Shown: positions 27,382 to 38,826, numbered from the stretch's first letter. The stretch is 64,000 nucleotides of DNA from Opitutaceae bacterium (GCA_051252375.1 JBPOFY010000001.1:288001-352000); one strand, 5' to 3'. Numbers and translations are program-made. Notes: a model not told the origin generated them from the letters alone.

Positions 27382-27945
27382 CTACCCGATCCGCTCGAAA
27401 ATCGCAATGGTGGGCTTATCTTTACCGGCTTTACCTAGACGCTTAAGCATTTGCCAGCCGGCGACTTCGGGCTCCAAGTTGCCGGGTAATTCAAGTATCG
27501 CCCGCGCATCGGACTCTGCAATGGGCGTCACTGCTTTTTCAAAAATACGACTGAGACCGCCCTCTATACTGTCATACGGAGGATCTATAAAGATCAGATC
27601 GTAACGCGAAGCCCCCTCATCCAAGGAATACACATCGCGGGCGATCACCCGAGCCGCACTTGTATCCAACTGACAACTACGCAACACCGCTTGCACATTT
27701 TGACGCAAACAACTGAGCGCCGAACGGTCCGTCTCGAAGAAGGTGGAGTTCTCCGCCCCACGACTCAAAGCCTCCAGACCATAACTACCGGTCCCAGCAA
27801 AGAGATCTGCCACGCGACAGCCTTCAACGCTCGCTCCAAGGCTGGAAAAAACAGACTCCCGCATCCGATCAGTCGCTGGGCGTGTGCCCTCGCCTTTGGG
27901 TGCTTTAAGCTGTATGCCCCGAGCGCGTCCTCCGGTGATTCTCAC
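27382..27945 (-). CDS. rsmD: 16S rRNA m2G966 methyltransferase
   Basis: [31 protein letters not shown]. Confidence 0.93.
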   Translation of the reverse strand: MRITGGRARGIQLKAPKGEGTRPATDRMRESVFSSLGASVEGCRVADLFAGTGSYGLEALSRGAENSTFFETDRSALSCLRQNVQAVLRSCQLDTSAARVIARDVYSLDEGASRYDLIFIDPPYDSIEGGLSRIFEKAVTPIAESDARAILELPGNLEPEVAGWQMLKRLGKAGKDKPTIAIFERIG

Positions 27946-27960
27946 AAATCACCTCCGGTG

Positions 27961-28047
27961 GAACGTCGAACTTTGAACGTCCAACGTCCAATGATAAATG
28001 GTCTGTTCATTCGAGATTCAGAGTTCGATGTTGGACGTTCAATGTTC
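27961..28047. repeat. Inverted heptamer arms (GAAC/GTTC)
   Basis: GAACGTC GAACTTT GAACGTC CAACGTC CAAT ... ATTCGAG ATTCAGA GTTCGAT GTTGGAC GTTCAAT GTTC. Confidence 0.9.
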
Positions 28048-28838
28048 TACCTCACCGCTTGCCAGACTCGGAGCAGACTCTCGATCAACTCAGGCAGCTC
28101 ATTTAGCGGCACTTGGCTGGCAGCATCAGAAATCGCCTTTTCCGGATTAGGGTGCGTTTCGAGGAAGACGCCATTTGCTCCAGCAGCGAGCGCAGCACGT
28201 GCGAGAGGCGGCACGAACTCACGTTGCCCTCCGCTGATTCCACCTGCGGCACCGGGCAACTGCACACTGTGCGTCGCATCAATAATCGTAGGATGACCAT
28301 TGCCCGCCATGATGCTGAAACTACGCATATCCACGACGAGATTCTGGTAACCAAATGTGGTGCCGCGGTCCGTTTGCCAAATTTCTTTAGCCCCAGCCTC
28401 TTCGAGTTTATTGGTCACAAAAGTCATTTCATAGGGCGAAAGGAACTGCCCCTTTTTAACGTTGATCGCGCAATCCGTTTGAGCGGCAGCAACTAGGAGA
28501 TCGGTCTGCCGACAGAGGAAAGCAGGGATCTGCATAGCATCCACAACCGCACCGACGGTGGCGCATTGCTCGGGCAAGTGAATATCGGTTACCGTTTTAA
28601 AACCATATTCGGCCTTAATCGTTTGGAAAATTTCCAGACCGCCTTCGAGGCCAGTGCCGCGATCACTTTGGATAGATGTGCGATTGGCCTTATCAAAAGA
28701 TCCCTTGAAGAGGATGTTCAGCTCCGGGTGTTTTTGCTGTAGCGCCGCCAGTGCATCCGCCACCGGACGGCAAGTGTCGAGACTTTCCAGAGAGCAAGGG
28801 CCTGCGAGGAGCAAAAGTTTATTCGGGTCGTAAATCAT
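28047..28838 (-). CDS. kdsA: KDO 8-phosphate synthase
   Basis: [47 protein letters not shown]; start MIYDP. Confidence 0.96.
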   Translation of the reverse strand: MIYDPNKLLLLAGPCSLESLDTCRPVADALAALQQKHPELNILFKGSFDKANRTSIQSDRGTGLEGGLEIFQTIKAEYGFKTVTDIHLPEQCATVGAVVDAMQIPAFLCRQTDLLVAAAQTDCAINVKKGQFLSPYEMTFVTNKLEEAGAKEIWQTDRGTTFGYQNLVVDMRSFSIMAGNGHPTIIDATHSVQLPGAAGGISGGQREFVPPLARAALAAGANGVFLETHPNPEKAISDAASQVPLNELPELIESLLRVWQAVR

Positions 28839-28934
28839 GCACGCATTAAGTGCGATACTTCGACGATCGCCAAGCCGTAATCTATCGGGTGTTAAATGAC
28901 TTGGTTTTCCTGCGTGGCTTACTAGAAAGTAGCT

Positions 28935-29450
28935 GTGCTTCGTATAATCCAGTTCTGTCGCTTGTTGCCCATTTTGATTCTGGGTCTGCAGCATGTTGCC
29001 TCAGCAGGCGAACTGGATGAATATTTGAAACTGTATGAAGGACGCTGGGTCGGCTATTTCACCATTCACTCATCGGCAAATGGCTTCAGTGAAACGTTCC
29101 CGGTCGAACAACAGTATTGGCTAGCGAGTGGTAAGTTACATGGCGTTGCCGTTTCACAGCGCGACACGGGCATGGAAAGCGCACGCTCCACGACTTATAT
29201 TGTGGAGGACAAACTCGTCTCAGAGGTCACTCGTGGCAAAGAAGTCGAAATATTCATCGGCGTGCGCCACGATTCAGGAATACTTTGGCTACCCAAAGAA
29301 ATGGAGCGGGCAAACGACTATCAAATCAAAGAAACTTTCGTGGTAGCACACGGCCAACGCCTACTGAAGACGGATGGTTTTGATACATTCGTTCATGGAG
29401 ACGGGCTAGCCCACATCGTCTATCGTGGCGAACTCTCCTATAAGGAATAG
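28935..29450 (+). CDS. Hypothetical exported protein
   Basis: Signal peptide, beta-rich 171-aa ORF. Confidence 0.65.
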   Translation: MLRIIQFCRLLPILILGLQHVASAGELDEYLKLYEGRWVGYFTIHSSANGFSETFPVEQQYWLASGKLHGVAVSQRDTGMESARSTTYIVEDKLVSEVTRGKEVEIFIGVRHDSGILWLPKEMERANDYQIKETFVVAHGQRLLKTDGFDTFVHGDGLAHIVYRGELSYKE

Positions 29451-29515
29451 GCGCGGTGCATTGTCGATTAGTGGGAAACGCCTGCATATAGTCGAGGCAC
29501 GAAGTATTGAAACCC

Positions 29516-29612
29516 TGGAGGGAAACGCTCCGTCGTTTCCGAACGTATGACTTGCGGTAAGGTAATTTCGAGCGGCCCCTTACGAACGGCAATGACGGAG
29601 CATTGCCCTCCA
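29516..29612. repeat. GGAG-type REPIN
   Basis: GGAGGGAAACGCTCCGTCGTTTCCG and inverted GGAGGGCAATGCTCCGTCATTGCCG. Confidence 0.8.
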
Positions 29613-29694
29613 AGTATCCACTGAATCTAAGCAGCATTCCCCGGTAAATGACGATGAACCAAATAAAAGGACTATTGCCTGCCAACAAACCACA

Positions 29695-30087
29695 TCACTC
29701 CTCGAGCTTATACCCTGGAGTTCCGTAGCTCGGCGCGAATTGGATGATGCTCACCACTGCGACCATTAGCACTGCGATTTGATTCTGCGGGTAATCGGCT
29801 CCGATAAGAAATAGAGCGAAAAAGATTGGCTGTTCCGACAACGCCAGCCCCACAATCAGAGCGACGAGCATCTTCTTTTGATCCTTTAGCTTTGGAATAT
29901 ACAGCCAGCGTAGGGCTGTCGCCAAAAGTATCGGACCTGCACACGCACCCCAGAGCCAAAATGCCATTGGCTCTGCGACATTATCACCTTCGGGAACGCC
30001 GCCACCAATGGCATATGGAATGATCAATGCAGATTGAAGGAAGGCGAACCATATAATCCAGAGGACGAATGCTTGTTGTTTACTCAT
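29695..30087 (-). CDS. Hypothetical membrane protein
   Basis: About four TM segments. Confidence 0.7.
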   Translation of the reverse strand: MSKQQAFVLWIIWFAFLQSALIIPYAIGGGVPEGDNVAEPMAFWLWGACAGPILLATALRWLYIPKLKDQKKMLVALIVGLALSEQPIFFALFLIGADYPQNQIAVLMVAVVSIIQFAPSYGTPGYKLEE

Positions 30088-30154
30088 AATATCGAATAGC
30101 GATTGTCAGTTGTCCCCTACTCGTTTACCTAAAGTCTCATTCCCTGCAACTCGA

Positions 30155-30559
30155 ATGCCTGCACTCCTTAAAGAACTCTGTCTGATTATCGCCCTGACCG
30201 CAGCAGGTGCGGCTTACTCGCTTATAAGCGGGCAAGCACCGGCGCCTTGGACAGTCGCGGAACTGGACGCGGGTGAAATACGATTTGAAGACGCCACAAC
30301 AATCGACCCAATCTGGGTGGATGCGCGGCCGGAGAGCGCATATGACGAAGCGCACATCGAAGGGGCGATCTCGCTGAACGAAAGCAATTGGGATGACGCG
30401 CTCTTCAACCTAATGGGGCTCTGGCTGGAAACACCACGCCCCATTGTCGTCTATTGTTCGAGTGAAAGCTGTGGCACGAGCAAGCGAATCGCCGAACGTC
30501 TTAGGGCCGATCTCACGGACGCCGAGATCTATAGCCTGTTTGGAGGTTGGCAGCCATGA
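30155..30559 (+). CDS. Rhodanese-like domain protein
   Basis: WVDAR, AHIEGA, VVYCSSESC, LFGGW. Confidence 0.9.
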   Translation: MPALLKELCLIIALTAAGAAYSLISGQAPAPWTVAELDAGEIRFEDATTIDPIWVDARPESAYDEAHIEGAISLNESNWDDALFNLMGLWLETPRPIVVYCSSESCGTSKRIAERLRADLTDAEIYSLFGGWQP

Positions 30560-31011
30560 ACTCTCTTGATCTGAAAGCTCTCGTTCTCTTGGTTGTTCGC
30601 TTGGTCGTCGCCGCGACATTCATAATGGCGGCGCTCCCTAAAATCCAAGATCCGATCAGTTTCACTGCATCAGTTCAAGGCTTTCAACTCGTTGGCAGCA
30701 CGATGAGTAAATGGACCGCGTTAATTCTCCCTTGGTTCGAACTAGTCATCGGAATAGGGCTACTCGTGCCAGCTATCCGCCGCCTGAGTGGGACTTTTAT
30801 CGCAGCGCTTTTGTTGGTATTTATCGGATTACACGCCAGTGCTTGGGCGCGTGGGCTGGACATCTCTTGCGGCTGTTTTGGCACCGAAGCCGGAACCACA
30901 ACCGATTACCGGTTACTCATCCTACGTAATCTCATCTTATGCGCCGCAACAATCTGGGTGGTTCGACGTGATTGCGTTCGCGAAATCTCATTTTCCAGCC
31001 TTGCGCGGTAA
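30556..31011 (+). CDS. MauE/DoxX-family membrane protein
   Basis: LPWFELVIG, GLDISCGCFG; ATGA overlap with upstream gene. Confidence 0.9.
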   Translation: MNSLDLKALVLLVVRLVVAATFIMAALPKIQDPISFTASVQGFQLVGSTMSKWTALILPWFELVIGIGLLVPAIRRLSGTFIAALLLVFIGLHASAWARGLDISCGCFGTEAGTTTDYRLLILRNLILCAATIWVVRRDCVREISFSSLAR

Positions 31012-31038
31012 GGCATCCTGCATACCCGTTAACATTAC

Positions 31039-31701
31039 ATGATTCACAAAATCTGCACCTTCGGCCTTTTTTGCCTTATCGCAACCGCGCTCCAAGCCTC
31101 CACGCTTACTTGGGATCGCACGGAGGCACGTATCGAGCTCAAGCCAGACCAAGAGGAAGCGCGCGCCACATTTACCGTCACTAACAATGGCGATAAAACT
31201 GTGCGTATCGCACGGATCAAAACCAGCTGCGGGTGCACCGGCTCTATTTTAGATCGAAAAATCATCGAGCCTGGCGCTTCCACCGAGATCATTGGCACGT
31301 TCCATAAGGGCAAACGCCAAGGCTTAAACCACAATAAGCTCGAGGTCTTTCTCGATAGCCAGCCCGACTCAGTCGCGACACTCCACATGATTGTGCAAGT
31401 GCCCACGCTCATTGAGCTACAGCCGAAAATCGTCTATTGGAACAGCGAAGCAAGCAGAACCGAACGCAGCATTCGTGTCACCCTGGACAAGCGCTATGTC
31501 GACACTATCGCCGATATCAGTTATAATCGAGAGACGCTCACCATCGTTGAGGAAAGCGATCCAACCGGTAAGGCAGATCGCATACTGCGTATCACCCCGA
31601 AGTCTTTTAACTCTTTGCTCCGAGAAACCGTCGTCATCTCCGCGACAGGAAAAGATAAGATGACTGCTGATAATCGGCTACACGTATTTGTGCAGCCTTA
31701 A
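31039..31701 (+). CDS. DUF1573 domain exported protein
   Basis: FTVTNNG...KTSCGCT...IEPG. Confidence 0.85.
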   Translation: MIHKICTFGLFCLIATALQASTLTWDRTEARIELKPDQEEARATFTVTNNGDKTVRIARIKTSCGCTGSILDRKIIEPGASTEIIGTFHKGKRQGLNHNKLEVFLDSQPDSVATLHMIVQVPTLIELQPKIVYWNSEASRTERSIRVTLDKRYVDTIADISYNRETLTIVEESDPTGKADRILRITPKSFNSLLRETVVISATGKDKMTADNRLHVFVQP

Positions 31702-31920
31702 ACCCGGACTATGCAAACGCGTTCTCCAAACAAAGTTTCGTTTTCCATAAGTATTTAGAAATGTGCGCACCCAATAGGTGTTCACAAAACGCTTCGGCGA
31801 GAAGCGCACATCGCTGCCTTTCAGCCCTGCAGTCACGTATCAATATACGCTCCTTTGCGCTTTAGTTGCGGAGCACACTTCTCATCCTATTGCATAATCC
31901 GCGGTAAAAAAAGTGACACG

Positions 31921-33480
31921 TCACTTCCCGACACTGCCAAGATCATATTGATCGATTCGTTTTCGCAGTGTCGCACGCGTCATGCCAAGGATTTCAGCTG
32001 CTTTGACTTGCTTACCACTGGTTTCGATCAATGCGCGTGCAATGATTTCACGCTCAGCATGCTCTAAGATATTCGTGCCCTTCGACTGACGTAAGCTTTG
32101 GTAGGCGCCATCAAAAGGATCGCTCGGCGGCGCACCGACTTCCGCGTCTGCTGCAAGCGAAGAGACTACATGAGGCACAGCAGCAGGTTCTGCGGTTTGA
32201 GCGACTGCTTCAATCTCATCACTCCCATCGACTTGGGGATCCGCCGCAAATGGTGCGCGCGTCACCACAGGCACATCGCCCACGGCATTCACCACTTCCT
32301 GTGGCAGATCCTTAATTAATATCATTTCACCCTGCGCCATAACGGCGCTACGATAAACTAGGTTCTCAAGCTCACGAACATTGCCCGGCCAGCGATACTT
32401 AGAAAGTAATGCCAAGGCTTCTGGGGAAATTGATTTTGCATCTGCTTTACTATCACGAGCAAGACGCTTGAGAACAAAATCGATTAGAGACGCCACATCC
32501 TCCATTCGCTCGCGAAGCGGCGGTAGTTGAATACGCACGACATTGAGGCGATAGTATAAATCTTCACGGAAGGTCTTTTCCTTCACCATCTCTTCAAGTG
32601 GTTTGTTCGTGGCGGCCAACATGCGGACATTGACCTTAATCGTCTCACTGCTGCCGACGCGCTGAATCTCGCCTTCCTGCAGGGCACGCAGGATCTTTGT
32701 CTGCGTGGACAAAGCCATATCTCCAATTTCATCGAGGAAAATGGTGCCCGTGTCACAGAGTTCAAACTTACCGATGCGTTGATTGGTCGCACCTGTGAAA
32801 GAGCCTTTCTCGTGCCCGAAGAGTTCGCTCTCGATTAGGTTTTCCGGAATCGCTGCGCAATTCACTGCAATATAAGGCTTTTGGGAGCGCAGACTGTTTT
32901 GATAGATCGCGCGGGCGATCAACTCTTTGCCAGTGCCACTTTCGCCTGTGATCATCACCGTCACATCGCTGGCCGCGACTTGACCAATCATTTTGAAAAC
33001 AGTCTGCATCGCAGGTGAACTGCCGATGATGCCTCCCTCGATGTCCTCTTGGCTGATACGAGGGGCATTGTCGTCCGAACTGCTTGCACGAGTCAAATCG
33101 CTGGAAGCCGCCAAAGCAGACTCCGTCAGAGACAGAATCTTCTTCAAATCGAAGGGCTTCATAATGTAGTCAAAAGCCCCAAACTTCATTGCCTCAATCG
33201 TGGTCTGGGTGGTGCCATAAGCCGTCATGAGTATGATCATGGCGTTTGGATTGATCCCGCGCAGGTGCTGTAAGGCCTCCATGCCACTCATCCCTTTCAT
33301 CCGGTTATCCAACAAGATAACTTGGGGGCTATGCTTTTGGGCCATTTCCAGCCCAGCCTCGCCGCTATCCGCTTCGAGAACTGAATAGTTCCTACCAGAC
33401 AGCACGCGTTTCAACGAATAGCGAAGATCATCATCATCGTCGATAACGAGAATTTTAGGTGAATTATCTACAGTGGCCAT
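31921..33480 (-). CDS. Sigma-54-dependent response regulator (NtrC family)
   Basis: Receiver domain, [31 protein letters not shown], Fis HTH. Confidence 0.95.
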   Translation of the reverse strand: MATVDNSPKILVIDDDDDLRYSLKRVLSGRNYSVLEADSGEAGLEMAQKHSPQVILLDNRMKGMSGMEALQHLRGINPNAMIILMTAYGTTQTTIEAMKFGAFDYIMKPFDLKKILSLTESALAASSDLTRASSSDDNAPRISQEDIEGGIIGSSPAMQTVFKMIGQVAASDVTVMITGESGTGKELIARAIYQNSLRSQKPYIAVNCAAIPENLIESELFGHEKGSFTGATNQRIGKFELCDTGTIFLDEIGDMALSTQTKILRALQEGEIQRVGSSETIKVNVRMLAATNKPLEEMVKEKTFREDLYYRLNVVRIQLPPLRERMEDVASLIDFVLKRLARDSKADAKSISPEALALLSKYRWPGNVRELENLVYRSAVMAQGEMILIKDLPQEVVNAVGDVPVVTRAPFAADPQVDGSDEIEAVAQTAEPAAVPHVVSSLAADAEVGAPPSDPFDGAYQSLRQSKGTNILEHAEREIIARALIETSGKQVKAAEILGMTRATLRKRIDQYDLGSVGK

Positions 33481-33643
33481 GTATCGAAATGAGAAAAGGT
33501 AATGTGCAAAGACACTCTCTATAAGCAAGAAGGATGCTCGAATAGAAAAACTTTCCTACGCACTTAAATTCGAGCCCTACAATTTGTTGATCTCAACGTA
33601 AGCCTGAAAGCCAACCTTGGCCCTATAGGCAATAAAGCGCGCG

Positions 33644-33880
33644 CTAAAAGAAGTCGCGCAGCAAGAAGAACCACGTAGTCACAACACTATATATGATGGC
33701 AATGATACCAACAATGGTTAGGGCACGCGCGAACTTCGGGAAAGCGATGGCATTGCTAATACCAAAAAGGTTGTTGCAGAAAGAGTTACGCATTCCGCGC
33801 TTACTTTCCTCGCTGCTAGCAAGCAGAAAGATGCCAAGGACTCCGGGGAGTACACAAAACACGATCTTAACGATCAGCAT
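33644..33880 (-). CDS. Small hypothetical membrane protein
   Basis: Two TM segments; start uncertain. Confidence 0.6.
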   Translation of the reverse strand: MLIVKIVFCVLPGVLGIFLLASSEESKRGMRNSFCNNLFGISNAIAFPKFARALTIVGIIAIIYSVVTTWFFLLRDFF

Positions 33881-34098
33881 GAGGAATTGTAGATTGAGCA
33901 GTGACATAATAGCGTAGGTAAATGCGCTCATAGAGCCATAAACAAAGGGTTTGAAATGCACGCGATAGGGGGACTTGCAACAAAAAACCGATTCAACAGT
34001 CCATTTGTTAAGCGAATATTTATTTCACTTAATAATTGATTTGCCTGATAAAATAGGCATCTGATCTGAGGATGTCACATAAACCGACACCTACAAAC

Positions 34099-35967
34099 AT
34101 GATTACAATGAAAGTGGTTTCCCTCCTCGGGCTACTTTTGCCAATTGCCGCACAAGGCGACACTGAGCCGACGCTGCCGACACTATATATCGACGCCCAG
34201 CAAACAGCCAACGAGCTACCAGTCTCCACCTACGAGACTCCGATTTCGAATTTAGAATTCGAGCCGCGCGTCGACTTACAGTCTCGCAACATGGCTGAGG
34301 CGCAAGGCGATGTCAGTATCCGCGGCGGTATCTTCGAAAATACCGGCTTCCGAGTGGGTGCGGCCACGCTGGTGGACCCTCAGACAGGACACTACTTTGC
34401 CGAACTGCCAATCGCACCGGAAATGCTCGACGGTCCAGATGTGCTAACAGGCACCGATAATGCACTCTACGGTTTCAATAGCACAGTAGGCACCATCAGC
34501 TACGGTTGGAGTCAAATCGTGGACGGAGGTAGCCTAACCGTTGGCGGCGGCGACCATAACTTAAACTTCCAGCGCATCCACCACGGCCAAACCGGTCAAC
34601 TCGGTGAAAGCGGCGATTGGAGCTGGGGCGTTGAAGCCGAAATCTCACGATCAGAAAGCGATGGCACAATTGATTCTGGCGATCATAGCTTTGACCGCAC
34701 CTCTGGTCGCGTCCAATTGCTAGGACCCAACTCGCAAACCGATTTTTTCGCGGGCTACCAAGCTAAATTCTTCGGCTGGCCGAATATGTATACTCCCTAT
34801 GGTGTCAATGAAACGGAAAACTTGAAAACCCGCCTCTTATTCCTGAATCACCTTCAAAGCTATGGTAACGACAGCCTGTTTGAAGTCAGCCTTTATAATC
34901 GTGAGCACAAGGACCACTACGTTTACAGCCGTGAATCCCCCTCCGCGTATCAAGCCTTCCACGAAACCACTGTGACCACTATCGCCGCCACTGGTGCTCA
35001 TGCCATCAATGAAGCACTACGCTTAAACTATTCACTACAATTTACTGCAGATGATATAAGCTCCAGAGCGATTTCAGGCGGCTTACCGGCGGCAGGGCTC
35101 GAACAAGGGGCATTTACCAGCCGCGATTACTATCACGTCACCTTATTGCCGGAATATAACTTTCAACTAAATGAAACTGAAACCCTCACCCTACGAGCCG
35201 GTGCGAGTTTCGATGATACGAACCGCTCCACAACATCAGACGAGGTATCGCCCATCGCCGACATCACTTGGACTCGCCAACAATCAAATGGTGATCTCAC
35301 GTCCATCCATCTAGGCTACTCTCAAGCAACTCAAGTAGTTGGCTATACCGCAATCGGCGGCAGCGAAACCGGTGGACTCTTTCGCAGCAATTACGACTTG
35401 GATCGTGAGATTTCTAAAAACCTCGAACTCGGAGCTAAACTCGCGAAAAGCAACTGGTCACTTGAGGCAGCCGTCTTTTACCGCTGGGATGACGACCTAG
35501 TCGATTGGACATTCACAGGAGCGGGGGCGCGCGCCGCGGAAAACGTGGACATTGAAACATTTGGCGTCGAACTTATCGGGACACGCCGCTGGGGCACCAC
35601 AGAATTCATCGCCAGTTACACCTATTTAAGTAAAGATGAAGATTACGGTAACCCCGCGGTCATCGGTAGCTTCTACGCGCTGAACTTCCCAGAACATCGT
35701 GCGACGCTCGGTCTGATCTGGCGCCCCATCGAAATCGTCGAAATACGAATCGACAACGAATGGCGCAGCCAAGAGGAAAACGTCCTTCGCAGTGGTGACG
35801 ACAGCGCCTTCTTCACTCACGCAGCCGTCAGCATTTACCCGCCACAGTTTGAAAACCTAGAGCTCTTCGTTGCTGTAGACAATGCTTGGGAGGATGACTT
35901 CCAGGAAGTGCCAGGCACTCCTGGTCGCGGCGATCAATATTCCATCGGAGCCACCCTCCGCTGGTAA
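34099..35967 (+). CDS. TonB-dependent receptor
   Basis: Signal peptide, plug (DVSIRGG, DPQTGHY), C-terminal VDNAWEDDFQEVPG..GR..SIGATLRW. Confidence 0.88.
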   Translation: MITMKVVSLLGLLLPIAAQGDTEPTLPTLYIDAQQTANELPVSTYETPISNLEFEPRVDLQSRNMAEAQGDVSIRGGIFENTGFRVGAATLVDPQTGHYFAELPIAPEMLDGPDVLTGTDNALYGFNSTVGTISYGWSQIVDGGSLTVGGGDHNLNFQRIHHGQTGQLGESGDWSWGVEAEISRSESDGTIDSGDHSFDRTSGRVQLLGPNSQTDFFAGYQAKFFGWPNMYTPYGVNETENLKTRLLFLNHLQSYGNDSLFEVSLYNREHKDHYVYSRESPSAYQAFHETTVTTIAATGAHAINEALRLNYSLQFTADDISSRAISGGLPAAGLEQGAFTSRDYYHVTLLPEYNFQLNETETLTLRAGASFDDTNRSTTSDEVSPIADITWTRQQSNGDLTSIHLGYSQATQVVGYTAIGGSETGGLFRSNYDLDREISKNLELGAKLAKSNWSLEAAVFYRWDDDLVDWTFTGAGARAAENVDIETFGVELIGTRRWGTTEFIASYTYLSKDEDYGNPAVIGSFYALNFPEHRATLGLIWRPIEIVEIRIDNEWRSQEENVLRSGDDSAFFTHAAVSIYPPQFENLELFVAVDNAWEDDFQEVPGTPGRGDQYSIGATLRW

Positions 35968-35992
35968 ACCTTCTTACAGCTGACCTTTTGAC

Positions 35993-36022
35993 AAAAGCCT
36001 CGTCTCTTACGACGAGGCTTTT
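35993..36022. terminator. Bidirectional intrinsic terminator
   Basis: AAAAGCCTCGTC-N6-GACGAGGCTTTT between convergent genes. Confidence 0.8.
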
Positions 36023-36780
36023 TTATTCCACGCAACACAGTCCGCATAGCACACCTTCTCGCCGCCGAAAAGGTCCAGCGCGCTACCAATCGTCAAATCC
36101 ACCTTTCCGGCGCTCATTTGATCAACCGTTTTCAAATCTTCAAAACCGTTCACACCGCCAGCATAGGTAACAGGAATGGAGCAATGCTGCCCAAGAAATT
36201 TAACAAGGTCGGCGTCGATCCCCTGGCACTTACCCTCCACATCGGCGGCGTGAACCAAAAATTCGGCGCAACTCCCTGCAAGCGCGCTCAATGTTGCTGC
36301 ATCTATTTTCAAATCTGTCGGCGTCTGCCAACGATTCATCGCGACAACCCATCCCTCCGCTTTTCGGCGACAGCTCAAATCAATAACCAAGCGGTCTTTG
36401 CCGATTTCAGTCACCAGCGCAGCCAAACGATCCGCCAAAAAGCGACCTTCCGAATCAAACAACCAAGATGTCACGATTACATGGCTTGCCCCCGCGTCGA
36501 GCCAGTCAGTAGCATTTTCTAACTGTATTCCGCCACCAATTTGCAAGCCTTGTGGGTAAGCAGCCAACGATTCGCGAGCAGCAGCGTCGTTGTTCGGTCC
36601 CAGTTTAATAACATGACCTCCAAGCAACCCATCATTCTGATATAACTCCGCATAATAGGCTGCTGAATGGGCACTCTCGAAGTTTGTCAAAGGCGACGAT
36701 CCATCGTCCCGAAGACTGCCTCCCACGATTTGCTTCACCTTACCATCGTGAAGGTCAATACATGGTCGAAAATGCGTCAT
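36007..36780 (-). CDS. hisA: ProFAR isomerase, HIS6/eukaryotic-type
   Basis: FRPCIDLHDGKVKQIVGGSL, GHVIKLG, LQIGGGI, HAADVEG, DLTIGSALD. Confidence 0.92.
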   Translation of the reverse strand: MTHFRPCIDLHDGKVKQIVGGSLRDDGSSPLTNFESAHSAAYYAELYQNDGLLGGHVIKLGPNNDAAARESLAAYPQGLQIGGGIQLENATDWLDAGASHVIVTSWLFDSEGRFLADRLAALVTEIGKDRLVIDLSCRRKAEGWVVAMNRWQTPTDLKIDAATLSALAGSCAEFLVHAADVEGKCQGIDADLVKFLGQHCSIPVTYAGGVNGFEDLKTVDQMSAGKVDLTIGSALDLFGGEKVCYADCVAWNKKASS

Positions 36781-36898
36781 AAGTATGAAAAAGCGAAAAT
36801 ACCGTTTTTTGGGAAGCTTAAAGGGGAAAAAGCTTGAATAAAAGGTGATTAGAAATAGGGTTATCCATTCAAATATCTGTATTCCATATACTTCAATT

Positions 36899-37738
36899 AT
36901 GAAAACTCTCCGGATCCCCTTCCTCTTTCTCGCTCTTTTAGCGCTCTGTTCTATCAGTGCACAAGCCGCTCAACTCGCAAGTGCTAAAGCCCTTGGTGTC
37001 GTCGGCACCGTGACGAAATACACCTCTGATGGCGGGAATTCCCCGCTCGTCGCAGGTGATATACTTAAAGAAGGCGACAGCATCAGCGTCACTGCTTTGA
37101 GTGAAGCCGAGCTCGTTTTCTCAAATGGCTCCACGCTCACCATTAAGGAGAACACCAGTATTTCTTTCGCCAAAATGAGCCAAGACGCCTTCGGCGGCGG
37201 CCAAACATACGAGCAACTCGAAGCAGACCCCAGTAAGTCGCAAGTGCTCCTCGAACTCAATTATGGTGAGCTCGATGGTCACGTTAAGAAGCTTCAAATG
37301 GGCTCCAAGTTTGATGTCCACACTCCAATCGGAACTGCGGCTATCCGCGGCACAACATTCACTATCAAGCTTAAGTTCAATGCTGAGCTCGGCGAATTCA
37401 TCCTCGTTGTGAAAAACAAGGACGGCAAAGTAAACATCATCTCCCGCTACGCTGGTTCGTTCGAATACGATAACGCCATTGGAGATAAGGGCTACCTCAG
37501 CGCCCTCAGCGACGACACAGAAGAAGCAATCCCTTCCAAGCACACAGTCATCATCCGTCTCAATCGTCGTGACCCTTACTTCGAAGACCTCTTCCGTCTT
37601 ATTTTAAACTACATCCCTGAAGAAGATCGCCCAGATCCAAGTGATGACGACAAGATCATTATCAAGATCGTCACTCCGGAAGACCCAGGCACTCAAGTCG
37701 TGAGCCCAAATACGCAAAGCTCACAGCAGAACAACTAA
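36899..37738 (+). CDS. Exported FecR-domain protein
   Basis: Signal peptide; LVFSNGS, LELNYG, FDVHTPIGTAAIRGT. Confidence 0.8.
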   Translation: MKTLRIPFLFLALLALCSISAQAAQLASAKALGVVGTVTKYTSDGGNSPLVAGDILKEGDSISVTALSEAELVFSNGSTLTIKENTSISFAKMSQDAFGGGQTYEQLEADPSKSQVLLELNYGELDGHVKKLQMGSKFDVHTPIGTAAIRGTTFTIKLKFNAELGEFILVVKNKDGKVNIISRYAGSFEYDNAIGDKGYLSALSDDTEEAIPSKHTVIIRLNRRDPYFEDLFRLILNYIPEEDRPDPSDDDKIIIKIVTPEDPGTQVVSPNTQSSQQNN

Positions 37739-37762
37739 GTTACTTCCGAGTTAACCAATTTC

Positions 37763-37812
37763 AAAACCCCGGATTCGCGGCTCGGCTGAGCTCAACGAAT
37801 TCCGGGGTTTTT
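37763..37812 (+). terminator. Intrinsic terminator with enlarged loop
   Basis: AAAACCCCGGA...TCCGGGGTTTTT. Confidence 0.7.
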
Positions 37813-37852
37813 CTTTGCCAAAAAGAGCCACTTCACTAGCCCTAGCTAACAG

Positions 37853-38719
37853 ATGTATTACCTCGTAATCGTTTCACTTATTTGGGCATTTTCCTTTGGC
37901 CTCATCGGCAACGCTCTGGCTGGACTCGACTCGTTTTTTGTCGCCAGCGTGCGCCTCGGACTCGCAGCACTCGTTTTTTTGCCATTCCTGCGTCTCACGG
38001 TTGTGCCAGCAGGCCAACATCTGCGACTCATTGGCTGCGGAGCCATTCAGTTCGGTCTCATGTATGTGACCTATATCTCCGCGTTTAATTACATCCCATC
38101 GCACCTTGTCGCGCTGTTTTCAGTATTCACACCACTCTATGTCGTGCTCATTCACGACCTCCGGCAGCGGCGCTGGAGCCTGCGGACCTTAGCTGCCGCG
38201 GGGCTTTCAGTCTTAGGCGCAGCCGTGATCAAAGCAAAGGCTGGCGAATCTGACACGCTCTGGATCGGCTTTGCCTTGATGCAAATTGCCGGGCTCTCCT
38301 TTGCCTTCGGACAAGTCTACTACCGCGACTGGAAACGACGTTTCCCAGAAGTCGAAAACCACAAAATATTTGCCCTGCTCTATCTCGGGGGCGCGCTACT
38401 AGCCATCACAGTCAGCACCGTCAAAACAGACTGGAGCACTCTCTCTGTGACCGCCGCCCAATGGCCCGTATTACTTTATCTCGGAGTCATCGCATCCGGC
38501 GCCGGCTTCTTCCTCTGGAACAAAGGAGCCGCAGTGAGTCGCCCCGGCACATTAGCCGCTTTCAATAACGCCGTCGTCCCGCTCGCCATGTTTGCATCGC
38601 TATTCATTTTTGGCGAAATCGGCGAGATTTCAACGGTGCAAGTCTTACGTTTAATCGGCGGAGGTGCGCTTATCGCGGTTGCCGTATGGCTCGCAGAACG
38701 AAGCCATACCACCGAATAG
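37853..38719 (+). CDS. EamA/DMT-family transporter
   Basis: IWAFSFGLI, about ten TM segments, FFLWNKGA. Confidence 0.9.
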   Translation: MYYLVIVSLIWAFSFGLIGNALAGLDSFFVASVRLGLAALVFLPFLRLTVVPAGQHLRLIGCGAIQFGLMYVTYISAFNYIPSHLVALFSVFTPLYVVLIHDLRQRRWSLRTLAAAGLSVLGAAVIKAKAGESDTLWIGFALMQIAGLSFAFGQVYYRDWKRRFPEVENHKIFALLYLGGALLAITVSTVKTDWSTLSVTAAQWPVLLYLGVIASGAGFFLWNKGAAVSRPGTLAAFNNAVVPLAMFASLFIFGEIGEISTVQVLRLIGGGALIAVAVWLAERSHTTE

Positions 38720-38826
38720 TCCTTATACTTCGCACCATAACCAAATCTGGCGCTTTACATTAGCATCCGCTCTGCCTTTAGTAACCGCTCTTTTCATCAC
38801 TACCTAAAACTCAACATCAATCTACC

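Noticed and set aside
36007..36780. Eukaryote-to-bacterium transfer of HIS6-type hisA
   Set aside because: This subtype is already known in several bacterial lineages; nothing here suggests a recent transfer.
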